Part shown: positions 30,118-40,077 of the stretch, in pieces
Numbering within the stretch: position 1 is the first letter of the stretch
Layout of the letters: every line of letters begins with the position of its first letter
Assembly: GCA_031367205.1 (NCBI GenBank)
Contig: JANLPK010000052.1
Span: 4,968 to 68,967, forward strand
Reading direction: 5' to 3'
Origin: Alphaproteobacteria bacterium
GTDB lineage: Bacteria > Pseudomonadota > Alphaproteobacteria > Caulobacterales > Caulobacteraceae
DNA: 64,000 bases
Notes under the pieces: model-generated
What the model was told of the DNA's origin: nothing
Database searches by the model: none
What the model saw: the letters and a program-made list of their open reading frames with translations, nothing else
Translations under genes and position numbers: made by a program

Positions 30118-30932
30118 GCCGCGACTTGTCACTGAGCGGGAAGGTGGCGATCGTCACCGGGGCGGCCGGCGATATCGGTGCAGCAAGCGTGCGATTGTTA
30201 GCCCGCCGCGGCGCAAATGTGCTGGCTGTAGACCGCGATGCCGCGGGCTTGGCAAGGCTTACAGCAGAGCTTGAAACCGATGTGGAAGTTGCAACATTCT
30301 GCGCAGACGTCACTGACGAGGCAGCAGTCGAAGCGTATGTGCAGGCTGCGATAGGGCGTTTTGGCGGGCTCGACATATTTTTCAACAACGCCGGGATCGA
30401 AGGCGACGCCGAAAATGCCTGGCGGTTGACCACCGAATTTCCCTTGACCTCATTTAACCAAACCATGGCGGTAAACGTCGGCGGGGTGTTCCTTGGCATG
30501 AAGCATGCCATACCGGCCTTACAAGCGCGTGGCGGTGGCAGCATTATCAACAGTTGTAGTCTGTACGGCATCAAGGGTAGCGCCGGACAGATCGCCTATG
30601 TGGCTTCAAAACATGCGGTATTGGGGATGACCAAAACGGTTGCAGCCGAGGTCGGAAAGGACGCCATTCGCGTCAACTGCATCGGACCGGCGCTGGTCGA
30701 AGGGCGCATGATGGACGAACTGATGCGTCAGATTTCGGCCCGCAATCCCAACGCGCCCGCGCCCAGCGAGCCGGCAATATCTGTGGTTCCAAGGCCTGCA
30801 CCGTTTGCGCCTTTGCGACGTTGGGCCTCGCCAGATGAGATCGCTCCGTTGGTGGCGTTCCTAGCCTCGGACGACTCAGCGTTTATAACCGGTGCCTACT
30901 ACGCCATCGACGGAGGGCTGGGCGCCATCTAG
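30114..30932 (+). CDS. Short-chain dehydrogenase/reductase
   Basis: TGAAGDIG, FNNAGIEG, YVASKHA, FLASDD; ATGA-coupled to the MFS gene. Confidence 0.92.
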   Translation: MSRDLSLSGKVAIVTGAAGDIGAASVRLLARRGANVLAVDRDAAGLARLTAELETDVEVATFCADVTDEAAVEAYVQAAIGRFGGLDIFFNNAGIEGDAENAWRLTTEFPLTSFNQTMAVNVGGVFLGMKHAIPALQARGGGSIINSCSLYGIKGSAGQIAYVASKHAVLGMTKTVAAEVGKDAIRVNCIGPALVEGRMMDELMRQISARNPNAPAPSEPAISVVPRPAPFAPLRRWASPDEIAPLVAFLASDDSAFITGAYYAIDGGLGAI

Positions 30933-30989
30933 ATGCGAGCTCTCAATAGGTTGTCCTTATCCCAACCCTGTCGATGACGGCATCAAAGC

Positions 30990-33900
30990 CTACCAAGCAT
31001 CGATCCATTTCAGCTTCTTTTCTGTCCGCGCAGGCGGTGTGGGTAACGCTCTTAGAGCCCCCACGATCCACCGCCGCGTATCGGCTGGATCAATCACGTC
31101 GTCGATGCTTGGCCCTCTGCCGCGACTGAGCGCCTTGCCCGACTCATAGGCTTGGGCGACCATTTCGTCGAACTTGGCTTTGCGCTCGACCGGATCTTCA
31201 ATTGCGGCCAATTCGTTGCGGTAGCCCAGCTTCACCGAGCCTTCCAGGCCCATACCGCCAAACTCCGCCGTCGGCCAAGCCACAGCAAACATTGACGCCT
31301 GGTAGCTACCACCGGTCATGGCGATGGCGCCCAAGCCGTAGCTTTTGCGCAGGATCACGCTGAGGATCGGCACCGTCAGGTTCGCGCCGATCAGAAACAG
31401 CCGCGAGCAATGCCTCACCAAGGCGGTCCGTTCGATTTCCGGGCCCACCATCATCCCAGGCGTATCCGACAGCGACAGCACCGGAATGTCGAACGCCTCG
31501 CAGACCTGCAGGAACCGGGCGGCCTTGTCGGCTCCGTCGCTGTCGATGGCTCCACCCAGATGCCGGGGATTGTTGGCAATAATCCCCATTGGTCGGCCCT
31601 CGATGCGGATCAGGGCAGTGACCATGGTTGGCCCGAACTGTCGCCGCAGCTCAAGCACAGATCCGTCGTCGGCCAGAGTCTCGATCAGGGCGTGGATATC
31701 ATAGACCCGCAACCGATTCTCTGGGATCGCATTGCGCAAATGCCTTTGGTCTGCGCACGCCCATTCGCTCAGTTTCCCCTGGAAATAGGAGAGGTACTGC
31801 TTGGCCACCGCCACCGCCTGGGCTTCGTCCTCCACCACGATGTCAATGACCCCGTTGGGCGCCTGGATGTTGACCGGTCCGATCTCTTCAGGGCGGAACA
31901 CGCCAAGCCCGCCCCCCTCGATCATGGCGGGCCCTCCCATGCCGATGGACGAATCCTTGGTGGCGATGATCACATCGCAACAGCCCAGCACCGAGGCGTT
32001 CCCCGCAAAGCATCGTCCCGAAGTGATCCCCACCAGGGGCACAAGACCTGATAGGTGTGGCCAGAACTCGAAGCCGCGCGTGAAGCCGCCGCCCTCGGTG
32101 TCTCCCGGTCGGCCGCCGCCGCCTTCGCAGAAGAAGACCACCGGCAGCCGCGCTCGCTCTGCGACCTCGATCAACCGGTCCATCTTGTTGTGGTTGTAAG
32201 CGCCCTGGGTGCCGGCCAGCACGGTGTAGTCATAGGCCATCACAGCGCACCGGGCGGTCTCATCGGCGAACTGATCACCGTTGATCCGGCCAATGCCCAT
32301 GACCAGCCCGTCGGCTGGCGTCTGTTCGATCAGTTCCTTAAGGGTGTTCCGTCGGCGTCGCGCTGCCAGGACGAGGGCTCCATATTCGACAAAGGAGCCG
32401 TCATCCATCAGGTCATCGACATTCTCCCGCGTGGTCCGCTGCCCCGTCTTTCGCCGCCGCGCGACCGCTTGTGGACGGGCGGCATCCTTGGTCATCCGAT
32501 GGCGAGCCAAGACCTCAGCTAGGTCCGGGCGCACGGCGTCCAGGTCGACCGTCTCAACCTCGCCGGCACCGGCCTCACCGAGGTCGGATGCCTCGATGAA
32601 GACCAAAGGATGGTCCTCAAATACTGTATCGCCCACCGCCACGGTAAACTCACGCACGAAGCCGCTGACGTGAGCGGCGACGACGTGCTCCATTTTCATC
32701 GCCTCCATGATCAGCACCGCTTGTCCCTCGCGCACCGCTGCTCCGGCGGCCACGGCCAGGGCCACCACAGTGCCCTGCAGCGGCGCGCGCAGAGAGGTGG
32801 TTCCATCCGGGCCGATGATCTCATCAGAGTTCGAAAGCACCGAATGTTCGGTGCGATCCGGGGCCGGGTCGCCGCTCTTTCCGTGAGTCAGGATCGCCAG
32901 CGGATCGACCGCGTCGACCTTGGCTCCCGCTCGACGCTGGGCCTGGGCTGTGTCGAAGTGCAAGCGCGGATGCTCGCTCGCGGCAGCCTCCACCAAGGTC
33001 GCAATATCCTCCTCCACCATCCGGGTATGCAGGGCCCCCGCGATGAAGGCAGGACTCTTCAGGATCGCCTGCAGGAACGCGATGTTGGTCGAGGCCCCGG
33101 TGATCTTGAACTCACATAAGGCCCGATAGGCTTTGGCTGTTGTTGCCGCCAAGTCCGGCGCGTGGACAATAAGTTTTGCCAGTAAGGAATCATATCGGGC
33201 GCTGGTCCGGTACCCGCCATAGCCGAAGCCGTCCACGCGCACCCCGTGCCCTGACGGCGGCTCATAGGCCGATAGAACCCCACCGGATGGCCGCACGTCG
33301 CCCTCAGATGTCATGGTCTCGAGATTGACCCGGGTTTGAATGGCCACGCCGCGCGGGACAGGGATAGCAGCCTGTGTCAGCCCTAGTTGCGCCAGGGTCT
33401 TGCCCTGCGCAATCTCCAGCTGGATGCGAACCAGGTCCAGCCCGGTAACCTCCTCGGTCACCGTATGCTCCACCTGTAACCTTGGATTGGCCTCGATGAA
33501 ACTGAACTGCGGGCCGGCTCCTCTGACATTGACCAGGAACTCGATAGTCCCCAGCGACAGGTAGTTCGCTGCCTCGCCCAGCTTTACCGCCGCCGCCAGC
33601 AATTGGGCCCGCACCCCTTCGTCGATCCCACTCGCAGGCGCGATTTCAATGAGTTTCTGCCGCTGCCGCTGCACGCTGCATTCGCGGTCCCAGAGGTGAC
33701 TGACCGTGCCGCGCCCGTCTCCGAGGATCTGCACCTCGACGTGTCGCGCTCGCGCGAAGAACTGCTCGACATAGAGCCCACCTTCTCCGAACGAGGCCAG
33801 GGCCTCTGACGCGCAGCGCTCATAGGCACTCGCCAGATCTGCCATCGCCGTTACCGGTCGCATGCCGCGACCGCCACCTCCGGCTAGCGCCTTCAGCATC

Positions 33901-34361
33901 ACGGCCCCGCCCGCGCCCAATCCCTCAAGGAAGGCACCTGCCTCGGCTAGGCTGGTCACCTTCCGCGTGCCCGGCAAGATTGGCACGCCGCATCGCTCGG
34001 CCAAACCCAGCGCTTGGGTCTTGTCGCCGAATAGGGCCAGGGTTTCAGGTGTAGGCCCCACAAAGGTCAGACCCGCCGCCGCGCAATCGCGCGCGAACTC
34101 GGCGTTTTCCGAGAGGAATCCATAGCCCGGATGCACCGCGTCGCAGCCGGCCTCCAGGGCCGCCGCGATCACTTGCGCCCGATCCAGATAGGCTGCTGCA
34201 CCTGACCCAGTCAGTCCCACTGCCCGATCGGACTTGCGCGTGTGCAGCGACAGCGCATCATCCTCGGCATAAATCGCCACCGTCTCCAGCCCAAACTCAG
34301 CCGCCGTGCGGGCAATCCGGATGGCGATCTCGCCCCGGTTGGCGATCAACAGACTTTTCAT
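30990..34361 (-). CDS. Single-chain multidomain acyl-CoA carboxylase (BC-BCCP-CT; LCC-like)
   Basis: BC: ANRGEIA, HPGYGFLSEN, GGGGRGMR, EANPRLQVEH; BCCP: EAMKMEH; CT: GGGGRPGD, GGPAMIEGGG, DTPGMMVGP. Confidence 0.93.
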   Translation of the reverse strand: MKSLLIANRGEIAIRIARTAAEFGLETVAIYAEDDALSLHTRKSDRAVGLTGSGAAAYLDRAQVIAAALEAGCDAVHPGYGFLSENAEFARDCAAAGLTFVGPTPETLALFGDKTQALGLAERCGVPILPGTRKVTSLAEAGAFLEGLGAGGAVMLKALAGGGGRGMRPVTAMADLASAYERCASEALASFGEGGLYVEQFFARARHVEVQILGDGRGTVSHLWDRECSVQRQRQKLIEIAPASGIDEGVRAQLLAAAVKLGEAANYLSLGTIEFLVNVRGAGPQFSFIEANPRLQVEHTVTEEVTGLDLVRIQLEIAQGKTLAQLGLTQAAIPVPRGVAIQTRVNLETMTSEGDVRPSGGVLSAYEPPSGHGVRVDGFGYGGYRTSARYDSLLAKLIVHAPDLAATTAKAYRALCEFKITGASTNIAFLQAILKSPAFIAGALHTRMVEEDIATLVEAAASEHPRLHFDTAQAQRRAGAKVDAVDPLAILTHGKSGDPAPDRTEHSVLSNSDEIIGPDGTTSLRAPLQGTVVALAVAAGAAVREGQAVLIMEAMKMEHVVAAHVSGFVREFTVAVGDTVFEDHPLVFIEASDLGEAGAGEVETVDLDAVRPDLAEVLARHRMTKDAARPQAVARRRKTGQRTTRENVDDLMDDGSFVEYGALVLAARRRRNTLKELIEQTPADGLVMGIGRINGDQFADETARCAVMAYDYTVLAGTQGAYNHNKMDRLIEVAERARLPVVFFCEGGGGRPGDTEGGGFTRGFEFWPHLSGLVPLVGITSGRCFAGNASVLGCCDVIIATKDSSIGMGGPAMIEGGGLGVFRPEEIGPVNIQAPNGVIDIVVEDEAQAVAVAKQYLSYFQGKLSEWACADQRHLRNAIPENRLRVYDIHALIETLADDGSVLELRRQFGPTMVTALIRIEGRPMGIIANNPRHLGGAIDSDGADKAARFLQVCEAFDIPVLSLSDTPGMMVGPEIERTALVRHCSRLFLIGANLTVPILSVILRKSYGLGAIAMTGGSYQASMFAVAWPTAEFGGMGLEGSVKLGYRNELAAIEDPVERKAKFDEMVAQAYESGKALSRGRGPSIDDVIDPADTRRWIVGALRALPTPPARTEKKLKWIDAW

Positions 34362-36499
34362 AAGACTCTCACTTCCGCCATCACCTCATCGGTGTGTTCA
34401 CCCAGCACGGGGGCCGCTCGCCGTACAGCAGGTCGCAGGCCATCAAATCGAATTGGTGTCGCGGGCGTCAAGTGTTCGCCTACGTATTGGCGCTCCTGAC
34501 AAACCCAGAAATCCGACGTGGCCAACTGCGGATCAGACGCCAAGGTGTGCGCTGGCTGTACCGGGGCCGCTGCAATCCCGGCCGCCTGCAGCTCTGCCGC
34601 CGCCTGCGACGGCGTGCGGATTGCTGCCCATTCCGCCAGCGCAGCTTGAAGGCCGCTGACCCCCGACTCTGACGTTCCGCGCTTGAGCACATCCCACAAA
34701 CCGACAATATCGACTTCATCCGCCGACACCGCCAACCATCCATCGCCCTTGCTGCGAACCACGCACGACAAGGTTTTTGTGGCGCGCGCGCTTCCGGTTC
34801 GACGCGAGGCCGCGCCTGTCACTTGTTCGCCGATGATCGCGTCCGCCCCAAGCTCAAACAGGCATTCCACCTGGCAGAGCTCGATTTCGGCCCCGCCTAG
34901 AGAATCCCTCGCAAACAACGCCGTCATCGCTGCAGCCACCGCATAGAGCCCTGCCACAGGATCGCCGTAGGCCACGTGCTGAAGGCAGGGTACCCAATCC
35001 TCAAAACCGTTGACAAACGGCATGCCCGACGCCTGCTCCACTGTCGATCCATAGGCTCTAAGCCCTGCCAGCGGCCCTCGCTTGCCAAACGGCGGCATCG
35101 AAATTGACGTTACAGCGGGGTTCAGTTTTCGCTGTGCCTCCGGTCCCAGGCCCAGCCGGTCCATCACTCCTGGGCCCAGGTTCTCGATGACGATGTCGGA
35201 TGTCGCGATAATCGAACGCGCAGCGCTAAGTCCCTGTTCTGTCGTTAGATCCAGGTCCAGTCCCCGCTTGTTCCGGTTGACCGCAAGGAAGTTGCGCTGG
35301 ATCTCCGTCGAGGGTGGTCCATCGCTTGCAATGTCCTCCCAACCTCGCCACCAATCCGGTCGTGTTGTGGACTCGATTTTTCGCACATCAGCACCTAAAT
35401 CCCCGAGGTACCGTGCGGCCAGCGGCCCGGCCCAACCCATGCTGAAGTCGGCCACCTTGATCCCCGTCAAAGGCCCGGGTGCGCCGCCGCTGGGTCGATC
35501 TGATTTCACGCCGCTCCAAGTCTGTCGGAACGGAAGGTCAGGGCCCATCACGTCGCCAATTGGCGCAAAGGACTTCCGCACCTTCCAATGCTCGACGAAC
35601 GGTAACTCGCCAGGCCTCGGCACCGGCGTAGTCGGAATGCGCAACCGATCGCCATCGCTCACCCAGTCCATCGTCGCGCGCTGCGCAAATATCGGCATCA
35701 GCAGTTCGTCGACGAGATCACCGTTCATGAGCCGCTGGAAGGTCGTCGAGAAACTCGGGTGACTTGCAAGCTCGGGTCGGTCAATCAGGCCGCACAGCGA
35801 AGTCCACTGTGCCGGCGTAAGCGCCGTTATCCCCACATACCCATCCGCTGTCGGATAGATGGAACAGGGATATGTGGGCACGAACCGGTTCACCCCCAAC
35901 CGCAGCGACGCGGTTCCGGTGTAGGCTGCGGCCACCGCCGCCGTTTCCGTAAAGCACATGGCGGCCTCAAAAACATTGACGTCGATGCGTGCCGGTCGCG
36001 GGCTCGAGACCAAGGCCGCCATCGCCCCGACGAACCCCGTCAAGCCCGCCACGATCTGCGGCGAGTGCCCGTGGGCCAGTAGCGGTGGTCCCTCCGGTAG
36101 GCCGAAGCCGTAGGCGCAGCCGTTGAGGGCATGCAGCACGGCGTCATTGCCGCGCCAGCCGCAATAGGGGCCCGCCTTGTCGAACCAAGTTAGGCCTAAC
36201 ACCGGTGGCGATCCGGACAGACCCGCTGCGACCTGATGGGCCGCCTTCACAGCTCCCTGGGACTGGCCCGCAATTACGAGGTCAAAAGGTCCGCCGTCGC
36301 CCACGTGCGATGTGCTCTTGCCGTGGTCCAGCCAGCGGCCGAACACAACGCCCGCTTCGCCGCCCTGCCCCAGAAGTGTATCGTCCGATGCGCCGACCCT
36401 GAAAACCGACGCGCCCTGACGGGCAAACAGGCGACCACAGTACCGCACTGCCACATCGTCCCCAAGTTCAAGAACCCGCAACTTCGACAGCGGTGACAT
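34358..36499 (-). CDS. Fused two-domain CaiB/BaiF (family III) CoA-transferase
   Basis: Two CaiB-like units (LRVLELG...; LTGIKVADFSMGWAGP...NRNKR...ENLGPG); RPAVRRAAPVLGEHT C-terminus; ATGA-coupled to the carboxylase. Confidence 0.9.
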   Translation of the reverse strand: MSPLSKLRVLELGDDVAVRYCGRLFARQGASVFRVGASDDTLLGQGGEAGVVFGRWLDHGKSTSHVGDGGPFDLVIAGQSQGAVKAAHQVAAGLSGSPPVLGLTWFDKAGPYCGWRGNDAVLHALNGCAYGFGLPEGPPLLAHGHSPQIVAGLTGFVGAMAALVSSPRPARIDVNVFEAAMCFTETAAVAAAYTGTASLRLGVNRFVPTYPCSIYPTADGYVGITALTPAQWTSLCGLIDRPELASHPSFSTTFQRLMNGDLVDELLMPIFAQRATMDWVSDGDRLRIPTTPVPRPGELPFVEHWKVRKSFAPIGDVMGPDLPFRQTWSGVKSDRPSGGAPGPLTGIKVADFSMGWAGPLAARYLGDLGADVRKIESTTRPDWWRGWEDIASDGPPSTEIQRNFLAVNRNKRGLDLDLTTEQGLSAARSIIATSDIVIENLGPGVMDRLGLGPEAQRKLNPAVTSISMPPFGKRGPLAGLRAYGSTVEQASGMPFVNGFEDWVPCLQHVAYGDPVAGLYAVAAAMTALFARDSLGGAEIELCQVECLFELGADAIIGEQVTGAASRRTGSARATKTLSCVVRSKGDGWLAVSADEVDIVGLWDVLKRGTSESGVSGLQAALAEWAAIRTPSQAAAELQAAGIAAAPVQPAHTLASDPQLATSDFWVCQERQYVGEHLTPATPIRFDGLRPAVRRAAPVLGEHTDEVMAEVRVL

Positions 36500-36992
36500 C
36501 TGGTGTTTCCCTCCCGTGGCCCTCTTATCGGAGCTCATCGCGACATCGCCAAGGGTGCTGCCTCGCGAAAAAATGCTACCGCACCCTCTTCAGGCATGCA
36601 CTCCCAAAATACCAGTCTATCAAATCAAGCACTCATCGGCTTATCAACCGGCGACCAAACTGCGGCCTTTGGGGCCGAGGCCGTCGCCCCCTGTCGGGTG
36701 CCGATCAAGGCCGAGCACTGGCAATTGCTCGCGGGCTTCTAGGTCGACTTGGTCGGCATCCGAGTTGGGATTGACCATCGGTGAATGGCGACGTCCAGGC
36801 GCAAATGGCGTCGGGTGGGATTTGTCGCCATCCATAGGCAGAGTGAGCTGCTCGCGCAGAGCAAGGATCAGGCGTGCTGGTTCGGAAAACTTGGCGTCTA
36901 CCTCACAGCAGATGATCGTAACCCTCGGCCAACGGTCGCCTCAAAGAAAGGCGGGTTTCGGCGCGACCTTAAAGTTACTCCGCAGACTTGGT

Positions 36993-37014
36993 CAGGCCGA
37001 AGCTCATCGGCCTG
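36993..37014 (-). terminator. Stem-loop downstream of the TonB receptor gene
   Basis: Perfect 8-bp stem CAGGCCGA/TCGGCCTG with a 6-nt loop, ~26 nt past the stop; no U tract. Confidence 0.3.
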
Positions 37015-37039
37015 TCCGCATCACAGATCGACGACCAAC

Positions 37040-39430
37040 CTACCAGCTATAAGCAACGTTGAAGCTGATCCGGCGAGGCGGCGCTGGGAAGCCAATTCTC
37101 GTCCCAGTCTGAGCCGGAGCCTCGAAGCGATAGTACCAGCGTTGATTATCGAAAACGTTAGTCGCAACCACCCCAAGGCTCCAGCCCTTGAGTGAATCGG
37201 TCGAGCGTAGGGTCACTCCCAGATCCAAGTTTTGATATGCGGGTTCGGTGATCGTGGGGTCCAAGGCGAACTCACCATGCGCCTGGAACGTTGCGTCTGC
37301 ACGGAAGAGTGCCTCCATGTTGCCGCTTATCGGCTGGATGTAGCCAGTGCCTAAGGTAGCGCTATACTTCGCGGCGAACCGCCGACCGTTGAAGTCCTGC
37401 ACCGGCGTATTCTGGGCGTTAAGGTGGCAACCTCCACCTTGGCCGAAGTTGAGCTGAGCGATATTACAGGCCACATCGACGCTCTTGGTATATCTCGCAT
37501 CAAGCAGGGTAGCGGCCCCGGTAAAGCGCAGTTGCGGCGTGGCCTGGTAGGCAAAGTCGCCTTCCACACCTTGCGAGCGCGCTGCGCCGGCGTTTGTCAG
37601 GAAAAAGCCGGTGCCCTGCCAAATCGAGAGCTGGAGGTCTGTGAAGTCCGACCGGAAAGCTGCCAGATTGATGGCGAGTTTGCGATCCAGCAGCCGCACC
37701 TTGGTGCCCAGTTCATAGTCGATGGAGTGTTCAGGCCGGAAGGTTTGGTCCGTCTTGTTGGGTGTGATCGAGTTGGCGTTGAATCCACCGCCCTTGAAGC
37801 CCTTGGTAACAGACGCATACATGTTTAGATTGCTGTCGGGCTTCCAGGATACCTTCAGTTCGGGCGTGACATTTTCTTCGGTCAGCGTGCCGAACGAATT
37901 GTGTGCCTGGCCTGATATGCCCGGGGCGAAGGTGTTTCCGATGGCGATCAGCGCGGCGTCGGCTGGGTTATTGGTATCGAGGAAACGAGTTGATCCAAAA
38001 GCAGCACGATTGAACTTGTCCTGGTCGTGCTTCGTCTCCCGACTCCATCGCAAGCCGCCGATCACATCGACTGAAGGCGTGAGGTGAAATGTGCCTTGTC
38101 CATAGGCGGAATAGGTTTCGGCGGTCTGATTCAGGAAGCGCAGGTTAGCCCATTTGAAGGCGTTCGAGTTGTTCGCCGGGTTGATGAACAAATTGATGTC
38201 GATATCGGTTCGCCGATCCACGAAGAAGTCGGTCTTGAACCAATAGAGGCCGGCTACATAGTCGAAACGGTTTTCGCCGGTTGAGACGATCCGAAATTCT
38301 TGACTGGACTGACTGAACCGTTGGGTGATGGGCTCGAACAGGAAGGGCGTTGGGCTCCAATCCACATCACGCTGATCATTGGAGCGATAGGAATTATAGC
38401 CGGTGATGGATCGAAGCGTGGCAAAGCCGATATCATAGGTGATGTCTAGGGCTGCATTTTTCGAGATGACGTGCGCGGACTCTTGCTGCTTTGACGTATT
38501 GTAGTTCAGGCCGGGGCTGAAGGCCGGGTCATAGAAGCGATAGGTACTTCGGTTCGCGGCAGCGCCCACGTCCAAGGGGGTTGGCAGGGGCAGCAGCGTC
38601 ACGGCGTTGGTGATTCGCGGGCGACCCACAGCGGTTCCGCTGATGTCGGAGATCTTGAAGTCACGGCCGATGCGGTTGTATTCGGACCATTCGACTTTGC
38701 CGCGCAGGCTGAGGTCGTCAGTCGGTTTCCAGAGTAGGGTTCCGCGGACGATCTTGTCTTCTTCCTGCTCCTCCTTCTGGCCAGTGAGCGAGTTGTTCAA
38801 ATAGCCGTCTTCCTTCGCCCAGCGAAAAGCAAGGCGACCGGACAGCGTGCTGGTGATCGGGCCGTTGACGACCGCCTCAACGGCGCGTCGGCCTGTCACG
38901 GGACCGTATTCCCCGCGCACCGAAACCGACGGATCCGCGGTTGGCGTGCCCGAACGCACGATAATAGCGCCGGCAATGGTATTCTTGCCGAACAGGGTGC
39001 CCTGGGCTCCCTTCAGCACCTCAACATGCTCAACGTCGAGGAAACTTCCACGAAATTGACGTTCGCGGCCAGCGTAGATCTCGTCGGTAAACAGGCCCAC
39101 ATCCTGATCGATGCCGAAATTGAGGCTGGCCCCGAAGCCGCGGATCGATATTCCCGTCTGTTCACCGCCTTCCCTGACCACCAGGCCTGGGACATAGTTC
39201 GACAGTTGATCCAAATTCTTGATCGCCAAATCTTTGATCGTCTGACCCGATACGACCGATACGGAAACCGGAACGTCCTGCAGGGTCTGCGGTCGCTTTG
39301 TGGCCGTGACGATCACTTCACTTACCTCACTTGCCGCAACTTCTCGCGGCACCGACTGGGCCTCGGCGGCCAGAGGCGACATCAATGCGCCTGCAGCGGC
39401 GAGAGCAATAATTGAACAGGCGGATTTCAT
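37040..39430 (-). CDS. TonB-dependent receptor
   Basis: Signal peptide, EVIVTATKR, plug motif VEVLKGAQGTLFGKNTIAG, FKGGGFN, C-terminal aromatic residue (VAYSW). Confidence 0.95.
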   Translation of the reverse strand: MKSACSIIALAAAGALMSPLAAEAQSVPREVAASEVSEVIVTATKRPQTLQDVPVSVSVVSGQTIKDLAIKNLDQLSNYVPGLVVREGGEQTGISIRGFGASLNFGIDQDVGLFTDEIYAGRERQFRGSFLDVEHVEVLKGAQGTLFGKNTIAGAIIVRSGTPTADPSVSVRGEYGPVTGRRAVEAVVNGPITSTLSGRLAFRWAKEDGYLNNSLTGQKEEQEEDKIVRGTLLWKPTDDLSLRGKVEWSEYNRIGRDFKISDISGTAVGRPRITNAVTLLPLPTPLDVGAAANRSTYRFYDPAFSPGLNYNTSKQQESAHVISKNAALDITYDIGFATLRSITGYNSYRSNDQRDVDWSPTPFLFEPITQRFSQSSQEFRIVSTGENRFDYVAGLYWFKTDFFVDRRTDIDINLFINPANNSNAFKWANLRFLNQTAETYSAYGQGTFHLTPSVDVIGGLRWSRETKHDQDKFNRAAFGSTRFLDTNNPADAALIAIGNTFAPGISGQAHNSFGTLTEENVTPELKVSWKPDSNLNMYASVTKGFKGGGFNANSITPNKTDQTFRPEHSIDYELGTKVRLLDRKLAINLAAFRSDFTDLQLSIWQGTGFFLTNAGAARSQGVEGDFAYQATPQLRFTGAATLLDARYTKSVDVACNIAQLNFGQGGGCHLNAQNTPVQDFNGRRFAAKYSATLGTGYIQPISGNMEALFRADATFQAHGEFALDPTITEPAYQNLDLGVTLRSTDSLKGWSLGVVATNVFDNQRWYYRFEAPAQTGTRIGFPAPPRRISFNVAYSW

Positions 39431-40077
39431 AAGCGGTCTCCCATGATGTGCCCAAACCCGGTTAGCGGGTCCTGGCACCCAGCGTCACTCGGCCACTGGC
39501 CGGCACCTCAATGGCGCGCTGTTGACCCGACATTGCGAACCACTGTCAAAATTGTCAAGACGATTTTATTATGTGGGTTACATACCCGAGTCACTTATTT
39601 TTCGAAATCTCCCCATTTTACAAGGAGTTCGGTATATTGTAGGTCATACTATTGAACGAATTTTAGTAATCGGAATGCTTTGTTGATCGCTTCGCGATCG
39701 ACCGCGGGGAGCAGGAAGCCATGACTGCGGAAGCCCTCGAACCTCGAAATGACTAGATCGGGAGCCTCTCGCTACAGATGGACATCGCTTCGTGTCCTTT
39801 GTCCTGATCGCCCCAGCCAAAGTCTCTGCAAGGGGTCTGGGATGGAGCGAGAGGTCGGCCTTCGGTATGGCTTCGCCTGCGCGGGCCCGCGATATCGCTA
39901 TGGCTTCGGCAGCGCTCCCCTTTCGAAACCCGCGTGGCCCGACAGAGTCGCCCAGTTAAGCCAGTCTGGGGCAACGAAATAGATACCGGATGGTCAAATT
40001 AGCATTTGACGCTTGAACGAGAGAGCCGCACGATCATGTGCCTTCGGTGGAATTGGCCCCACGGCTGGAGAAACGCC

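Noticed and set aside
36516-37052. 178-aa plus-strand ORF
   Set aside because: Low-complexity Pro/Arg/Ser composition, no RBS or motif, and opposite to both flanking genes.
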